Source: Candidatus Multivorans sp.
Lineage (GTDB): Bacteria > Acidobacteriota > Thermoanaerobaculia > Multivoradales > Multivoraceae
NCBI GenBank assembly: GCA_965224025.1
Contig: OZ245033.1
Span: 544,001-608,000, forward strand
DNA length: 64,000 nt
Reading direction: 5' to 3'
The position numbers and the translations under genes are program-made. Below the pieces are notes generated by a model. The model was not told where the DNA came from. It worked only from the letters and a program-made list of their open reading frames with translations, and did not search any database. Shown in pieces: positions 1 through 8,811 of this stretch; position 1 is the first letter of the stretch, and every line of letters starts with the position of its first letter.

Positions 1-146
1 GTTGCCGTCCCTGTCGTAGATGAAGACGCCTTCGGCGCGCCGATCTCGACGTCCATCGGGTGGTAGGAGAACGCATGGCGCCAGTCGCCTTCGGGACGGA
101 GAGTCTGGGACAGAGGGTGCGCTGCGGTCGCGGGAGCGGTTGCCAC
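1..146 (-). pseudogene. 5' part of a class-III (PLP) aminotransferase running off the window edge, with a 1-nt frameshift near position 40
   Basis: Manual translation from GTG146 (AGGA upstream): MATAPATAAHPLSQTLRPEGDWRHAFSYHPMDVEI, then after a frameshift RAEGVFIYDRDGN, the typical class-III aminotransferase N-terminal motif. Confidence 0.45.
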
Positions 147-305
147 GGCGTCGATCCTGTGGACGTGGAGTGAAGGGCGGATCACAGCAACCCGCCGTTT
201 GGCTTCGACACGCTGAGCCACGCGCTCGCCACCCGCCCCCATCGGTTGGTTCCCCTATGCTGCTACCGTTCCGTAGTGTGCATCTTGAAGGCGCACACTA
301 CGGTT

Positions 306-334
306 CCCAGGTGGCGCGGAGCGCGCCACCTGGG
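306..334. repeat. Palindromic REP-like unit, family P (GGTGGCGCG-N3-CGCGCCACC)
   Basis: Perfect hairpin CCCAGGTGGCGCG-GAG-CGCGCCACCTGGG; same core at 3913-3937 and 62635-62659. Confidence 0.75.
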
Positions 335-371
335 TTCCGCTTCCCCGCCGGACCGCCGGTCGGAACGAACA

Positions 372-1889
372 ATGTCCCAACCCACAGGCAGCGAACGGAT
401 GGAACGCATCGTGGCGCTCGCCAAGCGCCGCGGCTTCGTGTTCCCGGCGTCCGAGATCTACGGCGGCATCAACGGGTTCTGGGACTACGGCCCGCTCGGC
501 GTTCAGCTCAAGAACAACCTGCGCGACGCCTGGTGGCGCGACATGGTCGAGAGCCCGCCGATCGGCCCGGACGGCAGTCCGCTGTCCATCGTAGGCATCG
601 ATTCGTCGATCATCCAGAACCCACGGGCATGGGAGGCGAGCGGCCACGTCGGCGGCTTCTCCGACCCGATGGTCGACTGCCGGCAGACCAAGGCCCGCTT
701 CCGGGCGGACCACCTGCACGTGCTGCGGCCGAAGCGCGATCAGGACCCGCCGGCGTACTTCGCCTACCTCGAGGGCGAACCGGCGCCGGCGCTCAGGACG
801 GCGCGCAAGGCGATGCGCGGCCGGCCCACCCTGGACGACTTCGAGTCGCTGCCGCTGGCCGAGCTCGACGCCGCCGAGCGTGACCACGTGTGGGCGCCAG
901 GCGCCTCGGCGCCGGGGACGCTGACCGAGGCCCGGGACTTCAACCTGATGTTCAAGACCTTTGTCGGCGCCGCTTCCGGCGAGGAGAACACCGCCTACCT
1001 GCGGCCCGAGACGGCCCAGGGCATCTTCCTGAACTACAAGGGCGTGCTGGACACGTCGAGGGTGCGGCTTCCCTTCGGCATCGCCCAGATCGGCAAGGCC
1101 TTCCGGAACGAGGTGACGCCGAGGAACTACATCTTCCGCACCCGTGAGTTCGAGCAGATGGAGATGGAGTGGTTCTGCCACCCGTCCGAGGCCAAGCTCT
1201 GGTTCGAGTTCTGGACCCAGGCGCGGATGGACTGGTGGAGCGGCCTGGGCCTGGCCGGCGACCGGCTGCGCCTGCGCCGCCACGAAGCGTCCGAACTGGC
1301 CCACTACGCCCAGACCGGCGAGGGCACCTTCGACGTCGAGTACCAGTACCCGTTCACCGAGCCGGGTTTCGGCGAGCTCGAGGGAGTGGCCCACCGCGGC
1401 AGCTTCGACCTGGAGCAGCACCAGCAGTGGAGCGGCGTCAACCTCACGACCTTCGATCAGCAGACGCGCGAGCGCTTCGTGCCCCACGTGATCGAACCCG
1501 CCGCCGGCCTGACCCGGGGCGTGCTGGCGCTGCTTTGCGAGGCGTACACCGTCGACGAGAGCCGGCCCTCGTCCGAACTCATGCGTTTCCCGCACCGCTT
1601 GGCGCCGATTCACGCCGGCGTCTTCCCCTTGGTGAACAAGGGCGGAATGCCCGAGATCGCGGAGGCGCTCTACCTGGAACTTCGCCGCTACTACCGCATC
1701 CAGTACGACGCGAAGCAGTCGATCGGCAAACGCTACGCGCGAATGGACGAGGCCGGCACTCCCTGTTGCTTCACCATCGACGGCCAGACACTCGATGACC
1801 AGACGGTAACCGTCCGCGACCGCGACACCGGCGCCCAGGAGCGAATCGCGTTGGACGCCGCGTCACGGTACCTGCACGACCGTCCCTAG
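372..1889 (+). CDS. glyQS: Glycine--tRNA ligase (homodimeric alpha2 type)
   Basis: Motifs RRGFVFPASEIYGG, DYGPLG, LRPETAQG, GKAFRNE, REFEQME, IEPAAG, SIGKRYARMDEAGTP; ATG at 372. Confidence 0.96.
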   Translation: MSQPTGSERMERIVALAKRRGFVFPASEIYGGINGFWDYGPLGVQLKNNLRDAWWRDMVESPPIGPDGSPLSIVGIDSSIIQNPRAWEASGHVGGFSDPMVDCRQTKARFRADHLHVLRPKRDQDPPAYFAYLEGEPAPALRTARKAMRGRPTLDDFESLPLAELDAAERDHVWAPGASAPGTLTEARDFNLMFKTFVGAASGEENTAYLRPETAQGIFLNYKGVLDTSRVRLPFGIAQIGKAFRNEVTPRNYIFRTREFEQMEMEWFCHPSEAKLWFEFWTQARMDWWSGLGLAGDRLRLRRHEASELAHYAQTGEGTFDVEYQYPFTEPGFGELEGVAHRGSFDLEQHQQWSGVNLTTFDQQTRERFVPHVIEPAAGLTRGVLALLCEAYTVDESRPSSELMRFPHRLAPIHAGVFPLVNKGGMPEIAEALYLELRRYYRIQYDAKQSIGKRYARMDEAGTPCCFTIDGQTLDDQTVTVRDRDTGAQERIALDAASRYLHDRP

Positions 1890-1976
1890 AGCCGCGCCAT
1901 CCTGGCGCGGCCGGGCGCCGCGACCGGTCCACGTTGTCGTGTACGGGGGGCGGCTCTCGGGTCGGTGGAAGCGGAG

Positions 1977-2170
1977 CGGAGGAGGTCCGTTGGAAGGATC
2001 CTGGAAGGCTCACCCGGAGACAACCGAGCGAGTTGGAAGATCCGAGCAGGAGGCTGAACCGGCAAGTAGTGGCGCAGGCGAACGGCTGGAACAAGCGTCG
2101 TTAGTACGCGGCCGCGCCGCCGGTCGGCTCTCGGGTTACTGGCAGGACTGTTGGTGAGGGACCTCCTCCG
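1977..2170 (+). ncRNA. Candidate structured non-coding RNA (long irregular rod, GGA-rich)
   Basis: 12-bp perfect terminal inverted repeat CGGAGGAGGTCC/GGACCTCCTCCG with nested pairings TCCTG/CAGGA, ACCCG-AGA/TCT-CGGGT and ACCG/CGGT; no credible ORF. Confidence 0.4.
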
Positions 2171-2191
2171 GTGTGTTCCACTCTTCTCGGG

Positions 2192-2235
2192 ACGACGCTT
2201 GCAGTCCCGACACACAGGGGTCAAGCAAGCGTCGT
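2192..2235. other. Strong hairpin (possible terminator or part of the upstream RNA)
   Basis: ACGACGCTTGC...GCAAGCGTCGT, 11-bp perfect stem. Confidence 0.5.
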
Positions 2236-2470
2236 GCCAGAACGGTCAAGCGGCCGCTAGGAGGTCTGTTCCGCCGCGGCCTTCTGGGCCGTGCGCCGCG
2301 GGGTGCGCCGCCGGTCGAGGCGGCTGTGACCTCGATCGGCGGAGGACATGCTTGGCTTGAACGAAGGTAGCGGAATGGGGTTCGGAGAAGCGCCGTGCCA
2401 GGCGCTGCACGCCTCCAAGCCGCCCTAGCGCTGACGGGCAGAACTACCGGAGGCCGGCGCTTCGCGCCGG

Positions 2471-2504
2471 ATGCGGGCAGGATGCCCGCGTTCCCAGGTC
2501 AGAT
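2471..2504 (+). repeat. REP-like unit, family R (hairpin followed by G(C/T)NCCCAG)
   Basis: GCGGGCA-GGA-TGCCCGC-GTTCCCAGGTCAGAT; nearly identical to the tandem copies at 28219-28282. Confidence 0.8.
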
Positions 2505-2540
2505 CCTTCTTCCGCGCAGTGTCTTAGTAAGGTTCCAAGC

Positions 2541-2978
2541 ATGACCGCCGCCGACCACCAAGGCCTAAGCGGCCTTCACAAGACCTTCTACCGCATCGTG
2601 CAGTGCATCCCCGAGGGCCGTGTCGCCACCTACGGCCAGATCGCCGATCTCGCCGAACGTCCCCGCAATGCCCGGCAGGTCGGCAATGCCCTTGCCCGAC
2701 TAGGAGTTTGCGCCGCGGAACGCGGCGAAGCGAGTTCTGAGACGCAAGGTCATGGTGAGGACGGGATGGGTCGAAAGTCCGAGTCTGCGAGGCGTTTCGG
2801 GGCGGGGGACGACAGCGTGCCCTGGCACCGGGTGGTCAACGCCCGCGGCGAGGTCAGCGAACGCGGTCTCGACCCTCTGGAGAGCGTGGACCGGCAGCGC
2901 TTTTTCCTCAAAGAGGAGGGCATCGTGTTCGATCGGTGCGGCCGCATTGATCTGGACCGTTTCGGGTGGGCGCCATGA
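2541..2978 (+). CDS. atl: Alkyltransferase-like protein (MGMT family, YbaZ/Atl) carrying an in-frame repeat insertion
   Basis: IPEGRVATYGQIA, ARQVG, PWHRVVN (Trp in place of the catalytic Cys), LKEEGIVF...IDL; extra ~33 aa between LARL and PWHRV. Confidence 0.88.
   Translation: MTAADHQGLSGLHKTFYRIVQCIPEGRVATYGQIADLAERPRNARQVGNALARLGVCAAERGEASSETQGHGEDGMGRKSESARRFGAGDDSVPWHRVVNARGEVSERGLDPLESVDRQRFFLKEEGIVFDRCGRIDLDRFGWAP
2700..2804 (+). repeat. ~105-bp structured repeat, family L, copy A (inside atl, in frame)
   Basis: Aligns over its length with 8691-8801 and 26571-26679 (AGGAG..TGCGYCGCRGRACGCRRCGAAG..AGTYCT..GACGCA..GTGAGG..GGG..TGGG..AAA). Confidence 0.75.
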
Positions 2979-3907
2979 TCGCGCGGCGCCGACCGCGCCC
3001 GCCGGCTCTCCTTGCTTTGATCGGCATCGCCGCCGTTTTCGGCTGCGCCGGTTCGCCGGAGGAGTCGACGCGGGCCGTGACTTCGGAGCCGGCCTCTTCG
3101 ACCGCGCCCGAACCGGCGCCCCAACCCCCGCCCGAGGGCATGGTGCACGTACCCGCCGGCGCCGTGCCCCGCTCCGGAGGGGAACGCGAGGTCGCTGGCT
3201 TCGACCTGGACGCCTACGAGGTCACGAACCGGGACTTCGCCGCATTCGTCGACGCGACCGGCTTCGTCACCGAGGCCGAGCGTTGGGGCTGGTCCCTCGT
3301 CTTCCACCCCGAAGAGACGGCGAACCCCGAACTAGAGCAACGGCTGGTGGAAACACCTTGGTGGCTGGGCGTCAACGGCGCCGACTGGCGACATCCCCGC
3401 GGCCACGGCGCCGAGGCCGAGCCAGATCTCCCGGTCGTGCACGTCAGTTGGGGAGACGCCGTCGCATTCTGCGCCTGGCGCGGTAAGCGGCTGCCGACCG
3501 AGGCCGAATGGGACCTCGCAGCGGCAGCCGGCAACGACGGCGCCGGTCACGCCCACTACCCCTGGGGCGACGAACCCGCCCCCGAGGGCGAATGGGTGGC
3601 AAACGTGTGGCAGGGAGACGACTTCCCGAATCGAGATGAGGCCGCGGATGGGCACGCCTACCTGGCGCCGGTCGGCTCCTATCCCTCGAACGCGCTTGGC
3701 GCCTTCGACCTCGGCGGCAACGTGTGGGAGTGGGTAGACGACTGGTACCTGCCCGGCGGCGCCGGCGGCCACAAGGTCCTCAAGGGTGGCTCCTGGCTCT
3801 GCGCCGCGAGCTACTGCGAGGGCTACCGCAACGCGAACCGCAACCACTCGCTTCCCGACTCAGGTCTCGACAACACCGGCTTCCGCTGCGCCCGCAACCT
3901 GCGCTGA
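2975..3907 (+). CDS. Formylglycine-generating enzyme family (SUMF1/sulfatase-modifying factor) lipoprotein
   Basis: Lipobox-like VFGC; YEVTN, PVVHVSWGDAVAFC, RLPTEAEW, GNVWEW, KGGSWLCAASYC, GFRC; ATGA overlap with atl. Confidence 0.92.
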   Translation: MIARRRPRPPALLALIGIAAVFGCAGSPEESTRAVTSEPASSTAPEPAPQPPPEGMVHVPAGAVPRSGGEREVAGFDLDAYEVTNRDFAAFVDATGFVTEAERWGWSLVFHPEETANPELEQRLVETPWWLGVNGADWRHPRGHGAEAEPDLPVVHVSWGDAVAFCAWRGKRLPTEAEWDLAAAAGNDGAGHAHYPWGDEPAPEGEWVANVWQGDDFPNRDEAADGHAYLAPVGSYPSNALGAFDLGGNVWEWVDDWYLPGGAGGHKVLKGGSWLCAASYCEGYRNANRNHSLPDSGLDNTGFRCARNLR

Positions 3908-3912
3908 GATCC

Positions 3913-3937
3913 CGGGTGGCGCGGCCCGCGCCACCCG
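3913..3937. repeat. Palindromic REP-like unit, family P (may act as terminator)
   Basis: CGGGTGGCGCG-GCC-CGCGCCACCCG immediately after the stop codon. Confidence 0.75.
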
Positions 3938-4283
3938 CGAACCACTCCGGGCGCGAGTCTGCGGGCGCGCGGATGGAGCCCAGCGACCATCAGGCGGCCG
4001 ACTTGCCCCGCCCATAAAGTCCTGTCCTACAGGCATTTGTGGGCAGACTTGCGCCCGCTTCGCCGGGCTCCGGACTACGCATTTCAACGAATATTCAGGA
4101 ATTCATGAAACTTCCAACAATTCAAGCACGGTTCGAAAAGAAAAACTGTTGAAGTGCCGATCAATTCGTGCTACCGTCCGCAAACCTATTCTTTCGTAGT
4201 GGACGAGCCAACGTCCATTCGCCGCGATTCCGCAAATCGAGTACCCCGCGGAGGGGTCGACGACTTCAAGAGGGAGAACCGAA

Positions 4284-5387
<1,104 letters not shown>

Positions 5388-5393
5388 AGTCGA

Positions 5394-5422
5394 CCCGCGA
5401 CCGCCCTCCGGGTGGCCGCGGG
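5394..5422. terminator. Hairpin between convergent genes
   Basis: CCCGCGACCGCCC-TCC-GGGTGGCCGCGGG. Confidence 0.5.
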
Positions 5423-6097
5423 CTACGGTTCCCTGGACTCCGTAGCCCGCGCCATCCGCTTCAACTGCTCGGCGAACTCGCCGAGCACTTCAGCGGCGAT
5501 GTCGATCTGCGTCTGGGCCTCGTCCCATTCACTCTGTTCGATCGCCTCCCGCACTCCCGGCAGCGTCTTCACGCCGTAGCCGGTGTAGAGACCGGGCGAA
5601 TACAGGTGGTGCCGGAACCAGGGACGGCCCGGCAGACCGTGGGCTCGCGTCAATAGCCTTTCGCTGCCCAGGATGAGTTCGTCGAGTTCTTCCTGCGCGG
5701 CCTCTTCGCCGTTCCGAGCCGCCGATGCCAGCGACTCGTCGGCAGACCCGGCCGCGCGCACGAGCCGATCGTGCGCGTTCCTGAGCGGTGCGAAGTTCAG
5801 ATACGGGGCCGGCGCTTGAGCTTCCGGCTCCACGAAGGGCCGGGTCGGATCCGCCGCCAACCGGAAGGCCCCGCTCCGCACCAATTCGCCCTCCCGTTCC
5901 AGCTGCGTCCGTTCGTTCGCGGCAAGCTCGACGACCTCGTCGATGTAGCGGCCGACAGTCGCCGCGGTGGCGCCGAACTCGGCACCGAAGCCACGGTCAG
6001 GCCGAGGGCCAGCAGCGGAGCGACGGCACCCGGAATGCCGGCCAGAATGCCGGCGTACCTGTACCTTTCTCGGCGGAGCTCTGAAGCAGACGTCTCA
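5423..6097 (-). pseudogene. Internally deleted M28 peptidase (glutamate carboxypeptidase II / TfR dimerisation domain): signal-peptide-like segment joined to the C-terminal ~185 aa
   Basis: GLPGRPWFRHHLYSPGLYTGYGVKTLPGVREAIEQ is the TfR-dimer C-terminus; the frame extends to EFGATAATVGRY (~5980); just upstream, in another frame, is a hydrophobic GILAGIPGAVAPLLALGLTVASV; PA and catalytic domains are absent. Confidence 0.7.
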
Positions 6098-6099
6098 TC

Positions 6100-6957
6100 T
6101 CATACCCCCCGATCCGCCGCCGCCAGCACTGTGTTCCGCAGCAGCATCGCCACGGTGGTGGGCCCCACGCCGCCGAGACGCGGGGTGATCCAGCTCGCCA
6201 CCTCGCCGACCGACTCGTCGACGTCGGGCAGAAGCTTCCTCCCCTCCCAACTGATGCCGCCGCTGACCACGACCGCGCCGGGCTTGATCATCTCCGGCTG
6301 AACGAATCGCGGCACGCCCAGGGCCGCGACCACGATGTCGGCCCGGCGTGTGAAGGGCGCCACGTCCCGGGCGCCGGTATGCACGACGGTGACTACGGCG
6401 TTCGCCCCCGGCTGCTTCAGGGTCAGCAGCAGGGACAGCGGGCGTCCGAGGGTCGGCCCCCGGCCCAGGACCACGACCTCGCGACCGCCGATGTCGATGC
6501 CGTAGTGGACGAGCATCGCCTGGATTCCGGCCGGCGTGCAGGGCACCGGCCCGCGCTCCTGGAGCACCAGCTTGCCCAGGTTGGCCGGGTGCAGGCCGTC
6601 GGCGTCCTTCTTCGGATCCATGCGCGCCAGGGCCTCGTTGAAGTCGAAACCGGCGGGGACCGGGTGCTGGATGATGTAGGCGTCGACTTCCGGGTCCGCG
6701 TTGAAGCGGTTGACGGCGGCGAGCAGTGCGGTCTGGCCGGCGTCCTCCGGTATCTCTGCGTTGAACGACGCGATCCCGACCTCCTCGCAGGTCTCGTGCT
6801 TCTTGCGGACGTAGCCGCTGGACGCCGCGTCGTCGCCGACCAGGATCGTGCCCAGACCGGGGCGAATGCCGGCCGCGTGAAGTTCTTCGACCCGCTCCGC
6901 GACTTCGGCGAGTACCGCCTCGGCGACCGGTTGGCCTGCAAGCAATTGAGCTGTCAT
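6100..6957 (-). CDS. folD: Bifunctional methylenetetrahydrofolate dehydrogenase/cyclohydrolase
   Basis: PGLGTILVGDD, YVRKK, KDADGLHP, PCTPAGI, ITPRLGGVGPTT. Confidence 0.93.
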   Translation of the reverse strand: MTAQLLAGQPVAEAVLAEVAERVEELHAAGIRPGLGTILVGDDAASSGYVRKKHETCEEVGIASFNAEIPEDAGQTALLAAVNRFNADPEVDAYIIQHPVPAGFDFNEALARMDPKKDADGLHPANLGKLVLQERGPVPCTPAGIQAMLVHYGIDIGGREVVVLGRGPTLGRPLSLLLTLKQPGANAVVTVVHTGARDVAPFTRRADIVVAALGVPRFVQPEMIKPGAVVVSGGISWEGRKLLPDVDESVGEVASWITPRLGGVGPTTVAMLLRNTVLAAADRGV

Positions 6958-6983
6958 TCGTGGATCTCCGTGGCGGCGGGCGG

Positions 6984-7376
6984 TCAATCCCCGGGGTGTT
7001 CGTGCGAGTGGTCGTGGCGATGATGGTCGTGGCGGTCGTGGTGATGATCGTGACCATGCGGCCGTTCGGCGAGCCGGCGGGTCAGGTCGTCGATCTCCGG
7101 CGCCGCGACGAGTCCCGCCGCCTCAAGCGCGTCCTCGAACGCCTCCCGCCAGCGTTGCCAGTAGTTCCATGTCTCCCCGCCTGCCCGCTCCTCCCAGGCG
7201 GCTATCCGCGCGATCAAACGCTGCCTGAAGGCTTCCCAGTCCAGGCGCCCGGTCTCGACCAGGGTCATCGTCAGGCCGAACAACCGGCTCTCCCAGGGCT
7301 CATTGAAGGCGAGCTCTCCGTTCTCACGAGGCGGCGCGGCCGCACCGTCCTCATCCAGCCGGACCGGGAGGCTCAT
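6984..7376 (-). CDS. Nitrile hydratase accessory protein with His-rich tail
   Basis: PPRENGELAFNEPWESRLFG, YWQRWREAFE; C-terminal HGHDHHHDRHDHHRHDHSH; downstream of nthA. Confidence 0.88.
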   Translation of the reverse strand: MSLPVRLDEDGAAAPPRENGELAFNEPWESRLFGLTMTLVETGRLDWEAFRQRLIARIAAWEERAGGETWNYWQRWREAFEDALEAAGLVAAPEIDDLTRRLAERPHGHDHHHDRHDHHRHDHSHEHPGD

Positions 7377-7401
7377 CGAAAGTCCAGCAAGAGCGTCCTG
7401 G

Positions 7402-8055
7402 TCAGAGACGCTCGACGCCGATCATCGAGTCGCGCGTCACCAGGGCGGCCAGTTCGTCCGGTTCGAGACCGTCGCTCGCCGGCGGCCGCTGCGGCAGGAC
7501 CATGTAGCGCACCTCGGCGCTCGAGTCCCAGACCCGCACCTCGACTTCGAGCGGCAGGTCGAGCCCCAGTTCCGCCAGCAGCCGGCGGGGTTCGCGCACG
7601 GCCCGCGAGCGGTACGCCGGCGACTTGTACCAGGCGGGCGGCAGCCCGAGCACAGCCCACGGATAGCAGGAGCACAAGGTGCAGACGACCAGGTTGTGGA
7701 CGGTGTCCGTGTTCTCCTTGACCACGAGGCGGGCGACGTGACCGTCCATCCTGTCGCCGAAGCCCAGTTCGCGAACCGCCGGCATGCCGTCATCGAGCAA
7801 CCGCGCCCTGAAGGCGGAGTCCGTCCACGCGCGCGCCACCGCCTGGGCGCCGCGCAACGGCCCAACGTCCTGCTCGTACCTCTCGACCAGGGCGTCGACC
7901 GCGGCGGACTCGACCAGACCCTTCTCCACCAGCAGAGCCTCGAGCGCCTCGGTACGAAGTGCCATCCGCGCCCCCGATGACGGGGGCGCGGACTGTGTCG
8001 CGGTTGGCGCGGGAGCGCGCCAACCGGGTTCGGGACTCGCGGCTTCAGACGTCAT
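7402..8055 (-). CDS. nthA: Nitrile hydratase alpha subunit (cobalt type)
   Basis: VVCTLCSCYPW metal motif (Thr/Tyr indicates Co type), WYKSPAYRSR, WDSSAEVRY; ATGA overlap with nthB. Confidence 0.96.
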   Translation of the reverse strand: MTSEAASPEPGWRAPAPTATQSAPPSSGARMALRTEALEALLVEKGLVESAAVDALVERYEQDVGPLRGAQAVARAWTDSAFRARLLDDGMPAVRELGFGDRMDGHVARLVVKENTDTVHNLVVCTLCSCYPWAVLGLPPAWYKSPAYRSRAVREPRRLLAELGLDLPLEVEVRVWDSSAEVRYMVLPQRPPASDGLEPDELAALVTRDSMIGVERL

Positions 8056-8645
8056 TGCATCGCCTCCAGGTATGGCTCGAACAGGTCGATGTAGACCGTG
8101 GCGCCGGCTTCCGCCTCCTCGCCCCAGAGTTCGGCGCCATCGAACGCGACGGTGTAGAGGTGCCGCGGCGACTCGCCGCGCCCGTTGGCGTTCGTGTCGG
8201 GGTAGACGCACGCCGGATGCACGTCGGCGACCACGCCGCGACGGTTCCGCGCGTAGCCCGGCAGGCGCGTATGACCCTCGGGATGCCGGTTCCACGTGCG
8301 AACGGGGTCGCCGACCGCGTAGAGCGGCTCGTGGTCGACCTCCCTCACCACGGAACCTCCGTCGTCGGGTGACTCCGGCTGCAGGCCATCGGCCAGACGT
8401 TCCCGAGCGAGGGTCTCCAGCGCGTAGAGCCAGCGCCCGTAGTAGCCATCGGAGAGGTAGCGGTCGGCCGGCATCCGCTCGATCGCATGCCGGAAGGCGT
8501 CGATGTTCGCGAGTCCGGCGCTCATCGCGTACCCGGCCATCGCACAGACCCGGCCCTGCCATGCTTCGGGGAACAGAGCGTCGTCCGGACGGCGATCCAC
8601 GGGGCCGAAGCCGTGCATTCCGCCCATGTCGTGGATTCCGTTCAT
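8052..8645 (-). CDS. nthB: Nitrile hydratase beta subunit
   Basis: MNGIHDMGGMHGFG, YYGRW, HTRLPGYAR, IDLFEPYLE. Confidence 0.95.
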   Translation of the reverse strand: MNGIHDMGGMHGFGPVDRRPDDALFPEAWQGRVCAMAGYAMSAGLANIDAFRHAIERMPADRYLSDGYYGRWLYALETLARERLADGLQPESPDDGGSVVREVDHEPLYAVGDPVRTWNRHPEGHTRLPGYARNRRGVVADVHPACVYPDTNANGRGESPRHLYTVAFDGAELWGEEAEAGATVYIDLFEPYLEAMQ

Positions 8646-8690
8646 GTCCTGACGAGTGCCGGAGCGCTACCTCCAGCGGCGGCGAGTCTA

Positions 8691-8801
8691 CAAGGAGGCT
8701 GCGTCGCAGAACGCAACGAAGTAAGTTCTCCTGACGCAGCGTCCTTGTGAGGTGGGGGCTGGGACCAAACTCCGAGCCTGCGAGGCTTTTGGAGGCGCTA
8801 G
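8691..8801 (+). repeat. ~105-bp structured repeat, family L, copy B (divergent intergenic region)
   Basis: Homologous to 2700-2804 and 26571-26679; hairpin TGCGTC..AGAAC/GTTCT..GACGCA; ends GGCGCTAG. Confidence 0.75.
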
Positions 8802-8811
8802 TCTCAGAACA

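Noticed and set aside
2348-2428. 26-aa ORF with GGAGG RBS
   Set aside because: RBS-ATG spacing of only 2 nt and no recognisable features
4178-4215. Resemblance to a c-di-GMP-I riboswitch (GCAAACC..ATTC..GGACG)
   Set aside because: No GNRA tetraloop, receptor or second stem; similarity too weak without an Rfam scan
6100-6102. Possible read-through of the folD TGA into a hydrophobic segment
   Set aside because: FolD is already complete, with no redox motif or evident SECIS; better explained by the decayed start of the downstream M28 pseudogene
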